Source: a virus. From it: 64,000 nucleotides of DNA. A model generated the notes under the pieces. That model was not told the origin of the DNA. It saw only the letters and a list, made by a program, of their open reading frames with translations, and ran no database searches. The stretch covers positions 94,022 to 158,021 of the IMG/VR virus record IMGVR_UViG_3300032291_003679. One strand, 5' to 3'. Shown piece by piece: positions 30,587 to 41,117 of this stretch. A program made the translations under genes and the position numbers. Position 1 is the stretch's first letter. Each line of letters opens with the position of its first letter.

Positions 30587-32091
30587 TGGCAGTTGGAAAT
30601 ATTGTTTACGTTACGGTTGGGTATACGCAGGGGGACAATGCGAGCGTCCGCAAAGGATACCCGATAAGGCGTAAATATAAACAAACAGAGAATACTCAAT
30701 CTCCAAAATTCCCATCTTCGTACACTGAAGTATCTAATCAGTTGTACTGGTTCCCATTCACGTCACTTGGGGCATCAGACGAAAACTATATACCGTACAC
30801 AATCGGCGATGAATATGGGTGGTCCGACGACCAAGCAAAACGTGCACCACAAATACCGTACACCAACCCACGCACGACAAAATATGATGAGTTTCCTACT
30901 GGGCATAAAATAGTCTATGGCGGTTCTATATACGTAGCAACACGACACACATTTGATTGGTCTGAAACAAAATTCGATGTATCCATAAACCCATACAAAA
31001 CCGCACGTGTACATAAGTGGCGTAGATTTACTGATACGTCGGACACCTGGACTCAGTACTGGTACCACCCGCTGCTTCGGAAGTTCTACACACTTGCGGA
31101 AACAGACGCACTCCAGGAGTTGCCAGACTTTAATGAACCGACGCAGTCCAGGTGGGATAGGTTTGTTGGAGATTCAAAGGACATGAATCTAAATAATTTT
31201 ACATTTGCGCAGATACGTGAGCTTGTTTCCACTGGGTCTGCTCTCGCTACTGCAACTTCTGCTGTTCAGTCCCTCGAGCAGCTATCAATGGCTGCACTCT
31301 CGGCCGCGCAGCGTGACGGTACTAACGTAAGGACCTCCACGGCACAAATGTCCGGAACGTTTGTTATCAATAGTCAGGCTGGCGGACAAAACGGTCAAGG
31401 AGTTCTTCTGCCTGACAATCTTCCTAAAATGATTCAACGGATGGCTACTGGCACGTCGGGCGTAAAAACAATACTTGACACATATGTTTTTAACCTCAGG
31501 CCAAACAATATTTCATACTCCAACATTGGGATTACATGGACAGAAGTTGACAGGGTAAATAACTTCCCACTTGTCGACTATAGAAATAATAAACTGATGA
31601 AGATAACCTTCGAGTTTGTTGTTGAAGCTCAAGCACAAGGCGTTTCCAGTCTTTACGAATCTTGCGAAGAACGCATACGCCAAGTCCAACGCATGGCAAA
31701 TCGCCCAGAACTGATTGTGTTTACAAACTTTGACTCACTATTCGGCGAGGCTGTTTTTAGCCAAACCTCTACGGCAACTTATCGTGAATGGGCAATCGTT
31801 GATATGTCTATCAACTCCATACAGCGCACACCAGTTGGACCAGATACCGTCCAGGGAGCAATAAGTAGAGCAACAATAAGTATGACAGTTCAAGAGGTGA
31901 GACTTACGCCTGACCAGGTCATATTTATGCCAAAACTTAAAAAAACTCCAGCCGTACCGAACACTCCAACACCTGGTGGGGACCCCGAGCCATGCATCGA
32001 GTACGCAACCGATGCAGCTGGTTCTGCTTTAACAGGCGTAAAATACAGCCCGTGTTGGTATAAGAACCGTGGCTTGCCGGTTCCGAGTTAG
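30586..32091 (+). CDS. Baseplate/tube-initiator-like protein
   Basis: Follows the tape measure; tube-like C-domain (FNLRPNNISY...LMKITFEFVV...ATISMTVQE). Confidence 0.6.
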   Translation: MAVGNIVYVTVGYTQGDNASVRKGYPIRRKYKQTENTQSPKFPSSYTEVSNQLYWFPFTSLGASDENYIPYTIGDEYGWSDDQAKRAPQIPYTNPRTTKYDEFPTGHKIVYGGSIYVATRHTFDWSETKFDVSINPYKTARVHKWRRFTDTSDTWTQYWYHPLLRKFYTLAETDALQELPDFNEPTQSRWDRFVGDSKDMNLNNFTFAQIRELVSTGSALATATSAVQSLEQLSMAALSAAQRDGTNVRTSTAQMSGTFVINSQAGGQNGQGVLLPDNLPKMIQRMATGTSGVKTILDTYVFNLRPNNISYSNIGITWTEVDRVNNFPLVDYRNNKLMKITFEFVVEAQAQGVSSLYESCEERIRQVQRMANRPELIVFTNFDSLFGEAVFSQTSTATYREWAIVDMSINSIQRTPVGPDTVQGAISRATISMTVQEVRLTPDQVIFMPKLKKTPAVPNTPTPGGDPEPCIEYATDAAGSALTGVKYSPCWYKNRGLPVPS

Positions 32092-32093
32092 TT

Positions 32094-33818
32094 ATGTCTT
32101 CAAAACTGTTTCTTCCATCACGAGTAGACACATACCGCGACAGCCAGAGTGTTACAAACTTTCGTGGACCATTTGAGAAAAAAATTATTATTGCATCTCT
32201 GCCAGATAATTTACAAGCAGACATATCTACACACGTTACACAGGCAAGCGTTAGTTACTCTATGTCATTAGCGTCGGAATTGTCTTTTGACGTAATAGAC
32301 GTTAATTTGCTCATGTCTAGAAATAATTATTTCATACTAGGTCGTGATGTAATATACGAAACACAGACTCTTGGGCGTGTTGATTCATACACAGGAGAAG
32401 TAAGACCTGTGCAACAACTTTTTGAAATAGCAGACGTAACCGTTTCGCAGGGACCAGGCGGAAGTGCATTGTACTCAGTTAAGTGTTACACAAAAGCAAT
32501 ACAGCAGATGAAGCGCGATAAAAAGCCTGGCGCTATAAAAGGAAACGGTAGCCAATACATACGCAATGCTGCTCGCAAATATGGACTAGATGTTTACTGG
32601 GAAGAGACATCAAAAGCAAAAACCATATCTCAGTCAAGTGGTTCAAAACAAACAGAATCACTTTGGGAAGTCATGCTGAGACTTGCTGACGATGCAAAAT
32701 TTGTTTTATTTGAAGTTGATGGAATTATTGTATTTGCATCAGAAAAATTTCTTATGCATAAATGGGGAACAAACATTAGATATGTTGAAAAAACTACAAT
32801 TGACAAGAAAACAAAAAAGAAAAAGAAGAAAAAACTGGTACGCAGGTTTATTCCACTGCAATGGCCAAACGGTGGAGATGATTATATTGGCACACCAGGA
32901 TACTTTAGGCTCGTAGAACGCCCAACATTTCGTAAGTCCGCAAACGACCCGTATGCGGCTGAGGGTAGCTGCATGGTCGAGCGATTTAATGCCACGCAAA
33001 TACGTCCAGGCATGACGGCTTATGTAGGTATGGTGCCCAACATGTCTGGGTACTACTTGGTTGATTCAGTTTCTTTCAACGAAATGGTCCCCGACCCTGT
33101 AAGTGTGTCTTTTAGGACGCTCACACGTGATGAAGAAAAAGAAAAAATAAAACTTCTTCCAATAGGAACAAAATATCAACAGACTGCAGTAATAGGTCAG
33201 CCAATAAGAACAACTGCCGATACTGCAAAAATAGAAAAAGGAAACCCAATTTCTAGGCCAGCAGCAGACAAGCGAATCACTGGCGAAAACCTTCCGACAG
33301 CGGAATTTAGATATAGATATCCATTGATGGAGTATGCGAACATATCACGAACCTACGCTGCCTATTTGGGGAAAATGGAAGACAGCACAAACTCCAGAAA
33401 CACGGTCTTAATTACTGGAAACATTGACTTATGGGAAAGACCAGTATTGCTTGTTAAAAACAATGCCGGAACTCAAACATTGGGCTACCAGACGTTATTT
33501 TCAATTACCCACGTGGTTGAGTCTGGCTCGGAATTTAGAGCCATACTTCTTCCCAGTATCTACACCGAAAATGGTCAGCCCGTCATAAAAACAGAGGCTC
33601 AAATAATAGAAAAATACAACAACGCCGGTGGGTACTCGGGAACAGCTAAACACCTTGGTGTTATAGCTGGACCAACATTTAATGAAGCAGTTTTGAACGC
33701 GAGGGATTATGGAATTCTACTTTCCCTTCAAAGTGACTTAGTTACGAGCAAGCGTTTCCCAGGATTCAACTTGTCAACACTTGTTGCAACCCCCGGCTCT
33801 TTGGATAGTCAGTGGTGA
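32094..33818 (+). CDS. Baseplate hub (gpD/gp27-like) protein
   Basis: ASELSFDVID, ESLWEVMLRLADDAKFVLFE, IRPGMT, GYYLVDSVSF. Confidence 0.7.
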   Translation: MSSKLFLPSRVDTYRDSQSVTNFRGPFEKKIIIASLPDNLQADISTHVTQASVSYSMSLASELSFDVIDVNLLMSRNNYFILGRDVIYETQTLGRVDSYTGEVRPVQQLFEIADVTVSQGPGGSALYSVKCYTKAIQQMKRDKKPGAIKGNGSQYIRNAARKYGLDVYWEETSKAKTISQSSGSKQTESLWEVMLRLADDAKFVLFEVDGIIVFASEKFLMHKWGTNIRYVEKTTIDKKTKKKKKKKLVRRFIPLQWPNGGDDYIGTPGYFRLVERPTFRKSANDPYAAEGSCMVERFNATQIRPGMTAYVGMVPNMSGYYLVDSVSFNEMVPDPVSVSFRTLTRDEEKEKIKLLPIGTKYQQTAVIGQPIRTTADTAKIEKGNPISRPAADKRITGENLPTAEFRYRYPLMEYANISRTYAAYLGKMEDSTNSRNTVLITGNIDLWERPVLLVKNNAGTQTLGYQTLFSITHVVESGSEFRAILLPSIYTENGQPVIKTEAQIIEKYNNAGGYSGTAKHLGVIAGPTFNEAVLNARDYGILLSLQSDLVTSKRFPGFNLSTLVATPGSLDSQW

Positions 33819-33862
33819 ATAATGACTCTTAACACATTTAAAATAGTAGTAAAGTTGTAATT

Positions 33863-34747
33863 ATGCGCCCAGACATAGTCAATAGAGATAAGTCATCATC
33901 GCACCCCCTGAAGCCAGGGAGGTTCTATATGGGCATAGTCAAGTCTGTTGACTCTCGTGGGGCAGCGACTATTCACGTATCTGAGCTTGGCTCATCCTAC
34001 GATAAAGTTGTACCACTAAATACAACAAACCTTAACCATGTTGCGGTTGGCGATGTTGTTAAATGTACATTTTCTGACGAGTTTTTTACTGAGCTTATTG
34101 TTCTTGGTGTATCCAATATCAAAGAAGTTCCAGAAGTAAGTTCTTTCGCCCCAACCATTTCATCTCCCGTTTCTGGTCAAGTTATTAAATACAACGGCAC
34201 GAGCTGGATAAACGAATCAGAAGAGGGGTTTGCTTACAAGGTCGGAGACACTGGACCGGGTGGTGGCATTATCTTCTTTGTTGACCGTTTTGACGAGTAT
34301 GCAGGGTTTACTTATCTTGAAGTAGCCCCAGTCAGTACTCAGGTTCTAAGAGTTTGGGCTACAGATACAGACCCAGGACCAGGAATTGGCAATCAGCAGA
34401 CCGGAGTTTCTGGTGCTGATTCAAGGGCACTTGGTGATGGTTACCAGAACACCTTAGACATAGTTGCTCAAGCAGGCAATGTTGCCGCAACTTGTGCTGC
34501 TGCGTATTGTGCTGACCTAACTTCGGGTGGTCAATCAGACTGGTATCTCCCAAGTATTTCAGAATTACAACTAGTTCGCAATGTTGTGTACAATCAACTG
34601 GGCGTTGGCGGTTTCCTCAATTCCTCGTATTGGAGTTCAACCGAGAACACTGCGAGCAACGCTTGGTACTACACTTTTCATACAGAACTTTTAGACACGC
34701 TAAGCAAGACGCAAAACCAATACGTTCGCCCAGTGAGAAGGTTCTAA
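33863..34747 (+). CDS. Baseplate spike (gpV-like) fused to a DUF1566/Lcl C-type-lectin-like domain
   Basis: N-terminal OB-like GIVKSVD...VGDVVKCTF; C-terminal YKVGDTGPGGGIIF, DWYLPSISEL, YWSSTE, VRPVRRF. Confidence 0.7.
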   Translation: MRPDIVNRDKSSSHPLKPGRFYMGIVKSVDSRGAATIHVSELGSSYDKVVPLNTTNLNHVAVGDVVKCTFSDEFFTELIVLGVSNIKEVPEVSSFAPTISSPVSGQVIKYNGTSWINESEEGFAYKVGDTGPGGGIIFFVDRFDEYAGFTYLEVAPVSTQVLRVWATDTDPGPGIGNQQTGVSGADSRALGDGYQNTLDIVAQAGNVAATCAAAYCADLTSGGQSDWYLPSISELQLVRNVVYNQLGVGGFLNSSYWSSTENTASNAWYYTFHTELLDTLSKTQNQYVRPVRRF

Positions 34748-35049
34748 TGGATTCCATCGTTTTCCCAATTCAATTTGACAGTACTGGCATAAAAAAACAT
34801 CAAGACGGCACAACTGACTATTATTCACAGCTTTTGTCGATATGCATGCTTACCGAGCCAGGAACACACCCGATGAGTCCTCAGTTTGGAGCCTACGACC
34901 CATCTTTCCGCGTTATAGATAAAAGCATATTTGTCTTGAATGCGTCTCAGTTTGTTCCAGAAGTAACAATAACGAATATTGACATATCCGAAAAAGATTC
35001 TAAAGACGGGACAATGAAAGTTGCCGTCTCTTTTGACATAAACATATAG
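34747..35049 (+). CDS. Baseplate wedge gp25/gpW-like protein
   Basis: FPIQF...LTEPGTHPMSPQFG; the ATG overlaps the previous stop (the track start at 34630 is probably too long). Confidence 0.75.
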   Translation: MDSIVFPIQFDSTGIKKHQDGTTDYYSQLLSICMLTEPGTHPMSPQFGAYDPSFRVIDKSIFVLNASQFVPEVTITNIDISEKDSKDGTMKVAVSFDINI

Positions 35050-35059
35050 AGGTTCCACA

Positions 35060-36517
35060 ATGCCAGCAGATTTTTCAGAATATGTAGACCTTTCGATATT
35101 CGACAAAGAACCAGGAGATATTTACCGAGACTCTATTGAGCTTGCTCGGTTATCGCTTCCTGACTTCAATTTGCGCGTTGGCACGCCAGAAGATGCGATT
35201 TTTCAGGCCGCAGCATACGTAAGCGCACTTAACATTAATGCAATCAACCGACTGCCAGACAGGCTTATGGCAGGAATAGTGTCAATGTTGGGTTATCAGC
35301 GGCAAGAAGCAATACCAGCCGAAGTAGACGTAGAGATAACTGTTGGCTCCTACGATGGTGGGACAATCCCTGTTGGAACAGTTTTTGTATACGACTCCAT
35401 ATTTGAAGACGAAGTACAGCAGTATGCTTTTCAGTTGACATCATCATTAACTATCCCTGCGACCAACGAAAACACTTTCCCGTCTGAAATAGCTACCATT
35501 ACTGCAATTGAGGCTGGAGTAATGCCCCCCTTGACAGCTGGGATAGAGTTATCAGCAATCTCTTCAGGTACTGACATAATTTCCGTAGTCGTTGCTAGTA
35601 ATGCCAATTTTGCCAACGGTCTTAATGCAGATATGGATAATGAGTACCTATCCAAAGCCACAACATATTTGCGTTCTCTTGCTTCTGCACTAGTTAGGCC
35701 TTCACAGGTCGATGCATATTTGTTAACAAACTATCCTGGCATTATTTCTCGCGCTAAAACGTTTGACTTAACAAACGGCGACTCAGATGGTGGGAATATT
35801 ACAAACAAACGCACAAGCGGTGTTATTAAAACATTCCTAGATTCGACTTTAGCAACAATAGAAACAGAAGCTCCACATCTTTTTGTAGTGGGCGACGTTG
35901 TTGAGTTAGATATTTTTAATTCATCTGTAAGTGCAACGTTCAATGGGGAACATACAGTAACCAATGCCAGCGATACAACTTTTAGTTTCATAAAAGTCGC
36001 TGGAAACTCTGCAAGCACTGTAGTGACTGGTTCGGCATATGCAGGCCAGGACGTATCGGGGTATGTCGCAGTAGTGGCGTATGGGAATAACACCGAGCTT
36101 ACTTCACCTCAAAAAATCGATATTTTAAGTGAGGTTCGCGCAAAGTCGGTTGCTGGACTTACGATTGACATAATCGACCCAACGTTAGTGACGCTTGAAA
36201 TAAATGGCTCCATAACTCTCGACCAACAGTATGAGCAGACAGCGCTACAACAAACAATTGAAGATGCTCTTATTGAGTTCCTTAGTCCGTCAAATTTTTC
36301 TCTTTCTTTTGACAGAATAAGACAAAGCCAAGTGATATCTCTAATTAGCAATATACCTGGCGTTGTTTATGTTGCGTCCCTGTCTCTTTTGCCGACCGGA
36401 AGCGGATGGCTTCCGCAACACGACAACGACCTTCTATTTAGGGACAAAGGCTCCCTGCCTATACTGTCTCTCGACGACATTGACTTCACCTACACATCTA
36501 TAGACGTGGAGGGGTAG
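35060..36517 (+). CDS. Baseplate J-like wedge protein
   Basis: TIPVGTVF, ITAIEAG, NGLNADMDNEYL, ISLISNIPGVVYV. Confidence 0.82.
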   Translation: MPADFSEYVDLSIFDKEPGDIYRDSIELARLSLPDFNLRVGTPEDAIFQAAAYVSALNINAINRLPDRLMAGIVSMLGYQRQEAIPAEVDVEITVGSYDGGTIPVGTVFVYDSIFEDEVQQYAFQLTSSLTIPATNENTFPSEIATITAIEAGVMPPLTAGIELSAISSGTDIISVVVASNANFANGLNADMDNEYLSKATTYLRSLASALVRPSQVDAYLLTNYPGIISRAKTFDLTNGDSDGGNITNKRTSGVIKTFLDSTLATIETEAPHLFVVGDVVELDIFNSSVSATFNGEHTVTNASDTTFSFIKVAGNSASTVVTGSAYAGQDVSGYVAVVAYGNNTELTSPQKIDILSEVRAKSVAGLTIDIIDPTLVTLEINGSITLDQQYEQTALQQTIEDALIEFLSPSNFSLSFDRIRQSQVISLISNIPGVVYVASLSLLPTGSGWLPQHDNDLLFRDKGSLPILSLDDIDFTYTSIDVEG

Positions 36518-36518
36518 T

Positions 36519-37730
36519 GTGGCTAGAACTGTAAACTTACTATCCGACGGCAATGCGCTTCTCAGGTTTTCTTCATCTGATGGTGCAAACATAGGTATTT
36601 CATCTGTCTCCTACGATTGGGAGGCTGATAACGCGACACTTTTCATTTCTGGAAATGATTTTATTGTCAATACTAGGTATGTTCTTGTCGCGGCCCCAAA
36701 CGATAGCGACGACATCGTAATCCGCCTTCCGGCAATGCCGCTAAATATTGCAGACAATGGTCGGGTCCTTTCTGCAAACATGAGATTAAAAGTAAATTCA
36801 CCTGTTATTGTCGACGCTCTTTTATATATTGATTCAGCATCAGCATCATATTCTGCGGTCTCGCAGTCTTATACGAGCGGCTTGTATAGCGCTGTCCATA
36901 CAAACCAAGTGTCGGTTCCGGACGACAGCAACGTTCATACTGCGACAATTGAAATAACTGTTTCTGGACACTCAACAAATCCAGTTCACATGACAATGCC
37001 GCACATTATTCACGATATGGCAATTTTTGAAAACCCGTTTGTTCGACGTTCTAGAACATTTTTGCCAGATTTTTATTTCGAAATAGATTCTGCTCAGACT
37101 CAACCATCGTACCCATTTTTCAGGCTAGTTGATATTCTCACATCTGCCGCTGGGGAGACGGTGCTTGAGCACGACAGGATGTATGGTGTTGAAGTTGGGC
37201 AAGTACAGCTTCCGGAACAAACTGCAGAATATTGGGCAAGAAGCACATTGGTATCACCACGTTCAGTCCGCGATAACTATATTCCATGGCTTGCGCAGTT
37301 TACCGGTGGACCATTGCGTCAAAATATACAAAAACCAGATGGCTCATTGTTTTTCACAAACGAGGGAACAAGACGCGACTTTGTAGAGTGGCAATTAACT
37401 GGCGGTTACTACGGTCGTTCTGCTGGCTCAAGAGAAGCAATGACTGAGGCTGCAAAGCAATTGCTTCTTTACACAAAAGATGGTTCGCAAAGTACTTTTT
37501 CGGTAGCAGTAACCCCTCGCTACTTGGGTGACCCGTTTGCCGTGCGCGTCCAAACTCTCACAAACGAGACCCCAGACGCAGGCGACGGGGAAGAAAGCAA
37601 CCTTGTAAAGCAGTCTGTTTCTTGGGCTAAACCTATGGGGTATACAGTTGTTCATCAAACTGTTGACGAATTCTTTTTCTCGTTTGACGACCCCACCTTG
37701 GGTCTTCTGGATTCCATGAGGTTTGGATAA
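36519..37730 (+). CDS. Baseplate wedge (gpI-like) protein
   Basis: FLPDFY, YIPWLAQFTG, AGSREAM, WAKPMG. Confidence 0.7.
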   Translation: MARTVNLLSDGNALLRFSSSDGANIGISSVSYDWEADNATLFISGNDFIVNTRYVLVAAPNDSDDIVIRLPAMPLNIADNGRVLSANMRLKVNSPVIVDALLYIDSASASYSAVSQSYTSGLYSAVHTNQVSVPDDSNVHTATIEITVSGHSTNPVHMTMPHIIHDMAIFENPFVRRSRTFLPDFYFEIDSAQTQPSYPFFRLVDILTSAAGETVLEHDRMYGVEVGQVQLPEQTAEYWARSTLVSPRSVRDNYIPWLAQFTGGPLRQNIQKPDGSLFFTNEGTRRDFVEWQLTGGYYGRSAGSREAMTEAAKQLLLYTKDGSQSTFSVAVTPRYLGDPFAVRVQTLTNETPDAGDGEESNLVKQSVSWAKPMGYTVVHQTVDEFFFSFDDPTLGLLDSMRFG

Positions 37731-37769
37731 AATGATAAAATCAACTATTAACAATTCAGGAGAAATATA

Positions 37770-38789
37770 ATGGCTGGCTCAGGAGTAAGACTGTTCGTCT
37801 CTGGCGAAATCGCGTATGCCGCTGACGTAAACACATATCTAATGGACCAGGTGATTAGCCGTTTCCCAAACGCGGCAGCTAGAAACGCTGCATTTGGTAA
37901 CGGCATCCCTGTATCGCAACCGGGTGGTGACGGTAAACCTCAGATTTCAGAAGGTCGTTTTTGTTACTTAGACGACATTAATGAAGTTCAATTTTACGAC
38001 GGTGCTACATGGCAGTCTGCATCGCAGTTCACTGTTGGTGACGGGACAATCACAGAAGCAAAACTTGCAGCTAACTCGGTCACATCTGACAAGATTGCTC
38101 CAGGAACAATTATTGCTTCAGACGTTGGTAATAACACGATTACAGAAGCCAAGCTGACTACTTCGGTAGCCGGAAATGGTCTTTCTGGAGGAAACGGAAC
38201 CGCGCTTGCCGTAAATGTTGACAACTCAACCGTGGAGCTGAATTCCGATGCTCTCCGAGTAAAAGACCTTGGAATAACCACTGGAAAACTTGACGACGGT
38301 GCTGTTACGTCTGCAAAACTTGACACAAATATTTCTATCGACGGAGAGGTATCTGTTGGTACGGACCTAACCGTAACTGGAACATCTTTCATAGCTGAAA
38401 TAATTGAAAAAGTGCATTCTGTTGGGGCGGTGTCCGGAACAGAAAATATAGATATTTTGACGGCGGGAATTCACTTTTTTGACGTTTCTAGCACTTCTTC
38501 ATTTGTTTTGAATTTTACTGGAGACGGTACAGCCAACTCTTTTCATAACATGACTTCAGTTGGTCAGTCTATTACTGGAGTAATTCTTGTAACTTCTGGC
38601 TCAACAACATGTAGGCCAACTTCGATACAAATTGACGGCAATACGATTACTGGCGTCAAGTGGTTTGGTGGTGTTTCCTTCCCTGACGGAAGCGGTGGAG
38701 GCGCGGTCGATTCGTACACGATTACAATCATAAAGACTGCAGCAACTCCAACTTACGTTGTGTTAGCAAGTCAATCAAAGTTCTCATAA
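37770..38789 (+). CDS. Tail fibre protein
   Basis: FVSGEIAYAADVNTYLMDQ N-domain; ITEAKL/VTSAKL repeats; C-terminal beta domain. Confidence 0.7.
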   Translation: MAGSGVRLFVSGEIAYAADVNTYLMDQVISRFPNAAARNAAFGNGIPVSQPGGDGKPQISEGRFCYLDDINEVQFYDGATWQSASQFTVGDGTITEAKLAANSVTSDKIAPGTIIASDVGNNTITEAKLTTSVAGNGLSGGNGTALAVNVDNSTVELNSDALRVKDLGITTGKLDDGAVTSAKLDTNISIDGEVSVGTDLTVTGTSFIAEIIEKVHSVGAVSGTENIDILTAGIHFFDVSSTSSFVLNFTGDGTANSFHNMTSVGQSITGVILVTSGSTTCRPTSIQIDGNTITGVKWFGGVSFPDGSGGGAVDSYTITIIKTAATPTYVVLASQSKFS

Positions 38790-38798
38790 GGAGAATCA

Positions 38799-40550
38799 AT
38801 GCCTTTTCTTGGTGGACGCGCTTCGGCTTCTAGAGGATTTTTTGGTGGTGGCTCAACGCCAACCCCTCCAACAAGCCTGTCTTCAATCGAAGGTAATCAG
38901 CAGCTGACGATATCGTTCACTGCTCCATCTTTTAATGGTGGATTGACGATTGGAAACTACGAATACGCACTTTCGACCAACAGTGGTTCATCGTACGGCG
39001 CATGGACCGCTCTTTCCCCGGTAGATACTTCTTCACCGATTGTAATAAGTGGACTAACCAACGGACAGGCATATCACGTAAAGCTCAGGGCAATAAATGC
39101 TCTTGGCGGAGGTCAGGAATCAGACCCACTATCAACGAACACAACTCCATTTACGGTACCGAGCGCGCCTGTTATTTCGGTAGCTAGACAAGCCTCGCAA
39201 ACGCTACGCATAACTCTCGCTACTGCAGCCCCAGGAAACGGCAGAACCGTAACGGGTTATGAATACAGAATAAAAAGCAGTGGTTCATACGGTTCATACA
39301 TAGCACTATCTGGTACGACCGGCCCATGGGACATTGGAAGCTTGTCTAACGGAACTTCATATACGGTTCAAGTTAGAGGTGTAAATGTCGGGGGAAGTGG
39401 ACTGGGCTCTAATGAACCATCTGCAATACCATTTACGGTGCCAGACCAGGTTGGTACTCCAACATCCTCTTCAGGGGATAGAAGATTCACAATCACATGG
39501 AGTGCTCCAGGAAATGGTGGAAACGGAATCAGTGCCTATAGAGCTCAGTATTCAACAAACGGTGGGGCTAGCTGGACAGGTGATGCAACTCCGACAACAA
39601 CTCCAACAAGCCACACTTTCACTGTAGAAAACGGAAGCTCCTACATAGGTAGAGTGCAGGCAATTAACGCTGCTGGAAACGGAGCGTACTCGGCTGCTTC
39701 ATCTGCCAGTACGCCAACATTTGCTGCGCCGGGTGTGTCAGCAGAAAATCTTTCTGGATACGGAGTTAAGGAGCCAAGAAGCAATTCATCATGGTACAAA
39801 GGTCCATTTAGGGTCTACTTCTCTCCAACGGCATGCGAAAACTACAGAGACACATATGTAACTATTACTGACGCATACGGTCAAAGCAACACAGAAGGTC
39901 CATATACTTCTTCTGCCGCAAATCAGTACGTTGACTTTTCTACTGTAGATACGTATTATGGCTCAGCAGACATAGGCTTAAGTCAGTATTACACGGTGAC
40001 GGTAACTACGTACAATACTGCCAACCACGGAGTTTCAGCTTCAATAGGCCACACAACACGGTCGGCAAATACAGTCTCCTTCGACGACTCTGATACTTGG
40101 GAAACAGGTCCAATTCTCGTAACTGGCGGCAGCATGGCTCGTGAATATTATGACTGGTATGCCACTATAGATGAAAGCGTTAGGACTGCAGATGTTTACG
40201 CACGGGCTAGTCAAGCAAGCCCAACAATTAACACAGTAAGCACTAACAGAAACCCGAGCTTGTGGCTGTCGTCAGCAACTTCATCTACTGGAAGCGGTGG
40301 AGACACCGTGTCCCTGTATAGCCTTACCAATCTTCGTGCAAGTGCTAATAACGTGTGGAGGACTCAAGAATGGAACCATACTAATCTAAACACTGGCTTT
40401 AATACAACAGGAACCGGCGGCTCAAGTAATTATGCCCAGAGATACTCAATAGCGGGTGACGGCGACACCGCTGGAACATGGCCAGCAGGTCAACAAATAA
40501 ACACTTACTTGAAAGTAAACTACGTAATACGCATGTATTACTATATATGA
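38799..40550 (+). CDS. Fibronectin type III repeat virion protein
   Basis: Three FN3-like units (LTISFTAP..NGG...YEY...ISGLTNGQAYHVKLRAIN). Confidence 0.82.
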   Translation: MPFLGGRASASRGFFGGGSTPTPPTSLSSIEGNQQLTISFTAPSFNGGLTIGNYEYALSTNSGSSYGAWTALSPVDTSSPIVISGLTNGQAYHVKLRAINALGGGQESDPLSTNTTPFTVPSAPVISVARQASQTLRITLATAAPGNGRTVTGYEYRIKSSGSYGSYIALSGTTGPWDIGSLSNGTSYTVQVRGVNVGGSGLGSNEPSAIPFTVPDQVGTPTSSSGDRRFTITWSAPGNGGNGISAYRAQYSTNGGASWTGDATPTTTPTSHTFTVENGSSYIGRVQAINAAGNGAYSAASSASTPTFAAPGVSAENLSGYGVKEPRSNSSWYKGPFRVYFSPTACENYRDTYVTITDAYGQSNTEGPYTSSAANQYVDFSTVDTYYGSADIGLSQYYTVTVTTYNTANHGVSASIGHTTRSANTVSFDDSDTWETGPILVTGGSMAREYYDWYATIDESVRTADVYARASQASPTINTVSTNRNPSLWLSSATSSTGSGGDTVSLYSLTNLRASANNVWRTQEWNHTNLNTGFNTTGTGGSSNYAQRYSIAGDGDTAGTWPAGQQINTYLKVNYVIRMYYYI

Positions 40551-40563
40551 TAGGTTTCGTAAA

Positions 40564-40884
40564 ATGATGAAAAAACAACACTATACAACAGTACCTGTAA
40601 AGATATCTGACCCAGACGCTTTCGTGGACTCAGAATTTTCTTTCGTTGCCGTTCGTGATGGAATTTCCATTGCAAATATTTTCAAATTCGGAGATGTAGT
40701 AGGTGATTCTCGGCCTGTAAACATACCTGATTATGAAACTTTCGTATCTTTATTTGCTGGTGATGTTCAGTTCGTGAACCATTCACCCGTTCCGGCTGGC
40801 ACCGAATGGAATGGTGAGTCATTTGTTCTGCCAGATTATGAAGGATTTGAACTTTTGGGCACAATTGAGAATGAACCTCAATGA
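40564..40884 (+). CDS. Small fibre-associated hypothetical protein
   Basis: PAGTEWNGESF motif; leaderless start. Confidence 0.6.
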   Translation: MMKKQHYTTVPVKISDPDAFVDSEFSFVAVRDGISIANIFKFGDVVGDSRPVNIPDYETFVSLFAGDVQFVNHSPVPAGTEWNGESFVLPDYEGFELLGTIENEPQ

Positions 40885-41117
40885 GAAGTGAATTTGGTAA
40901 AAATCGCAAAGCTAGCCCTTTGGACTTTTTCCGCAAATCTACAGAATATGCAGAAAAATCAGTCGAGGATGCAAGATACAAAATATGCACAGAATGCCCT
41001 AGCTTCGTAGCAATATCTCGCCAGTGCGCAAAGTGTGGTTGCTTTATGCATTTAAAAACAAAACTTGCCCACGCTGAATGCCCAATTGGCAAGTGGGGCC
41101 CGGTTCTAACAGATTAA
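40881..41117 (+). CDS. Small Cys-rich protein (DUF6171-like)
   Basis: RYKICTECP...CAKCGCFM..KT.L....CPIGKW. Confidence 0.7.
   Translation: MRSEFGKNRKASPLDFFRKSTEYAEKSVEDARYKICTECPSFVAISRQCAKCGCFMHLKTKLAHAECPIGKWGPVLTD

Noticed and set aside
33863-34747. Complete diversity-generating retroelement
   Set aside because: No reverse transcriptase or template repeat seen in this window; only a target-like fold
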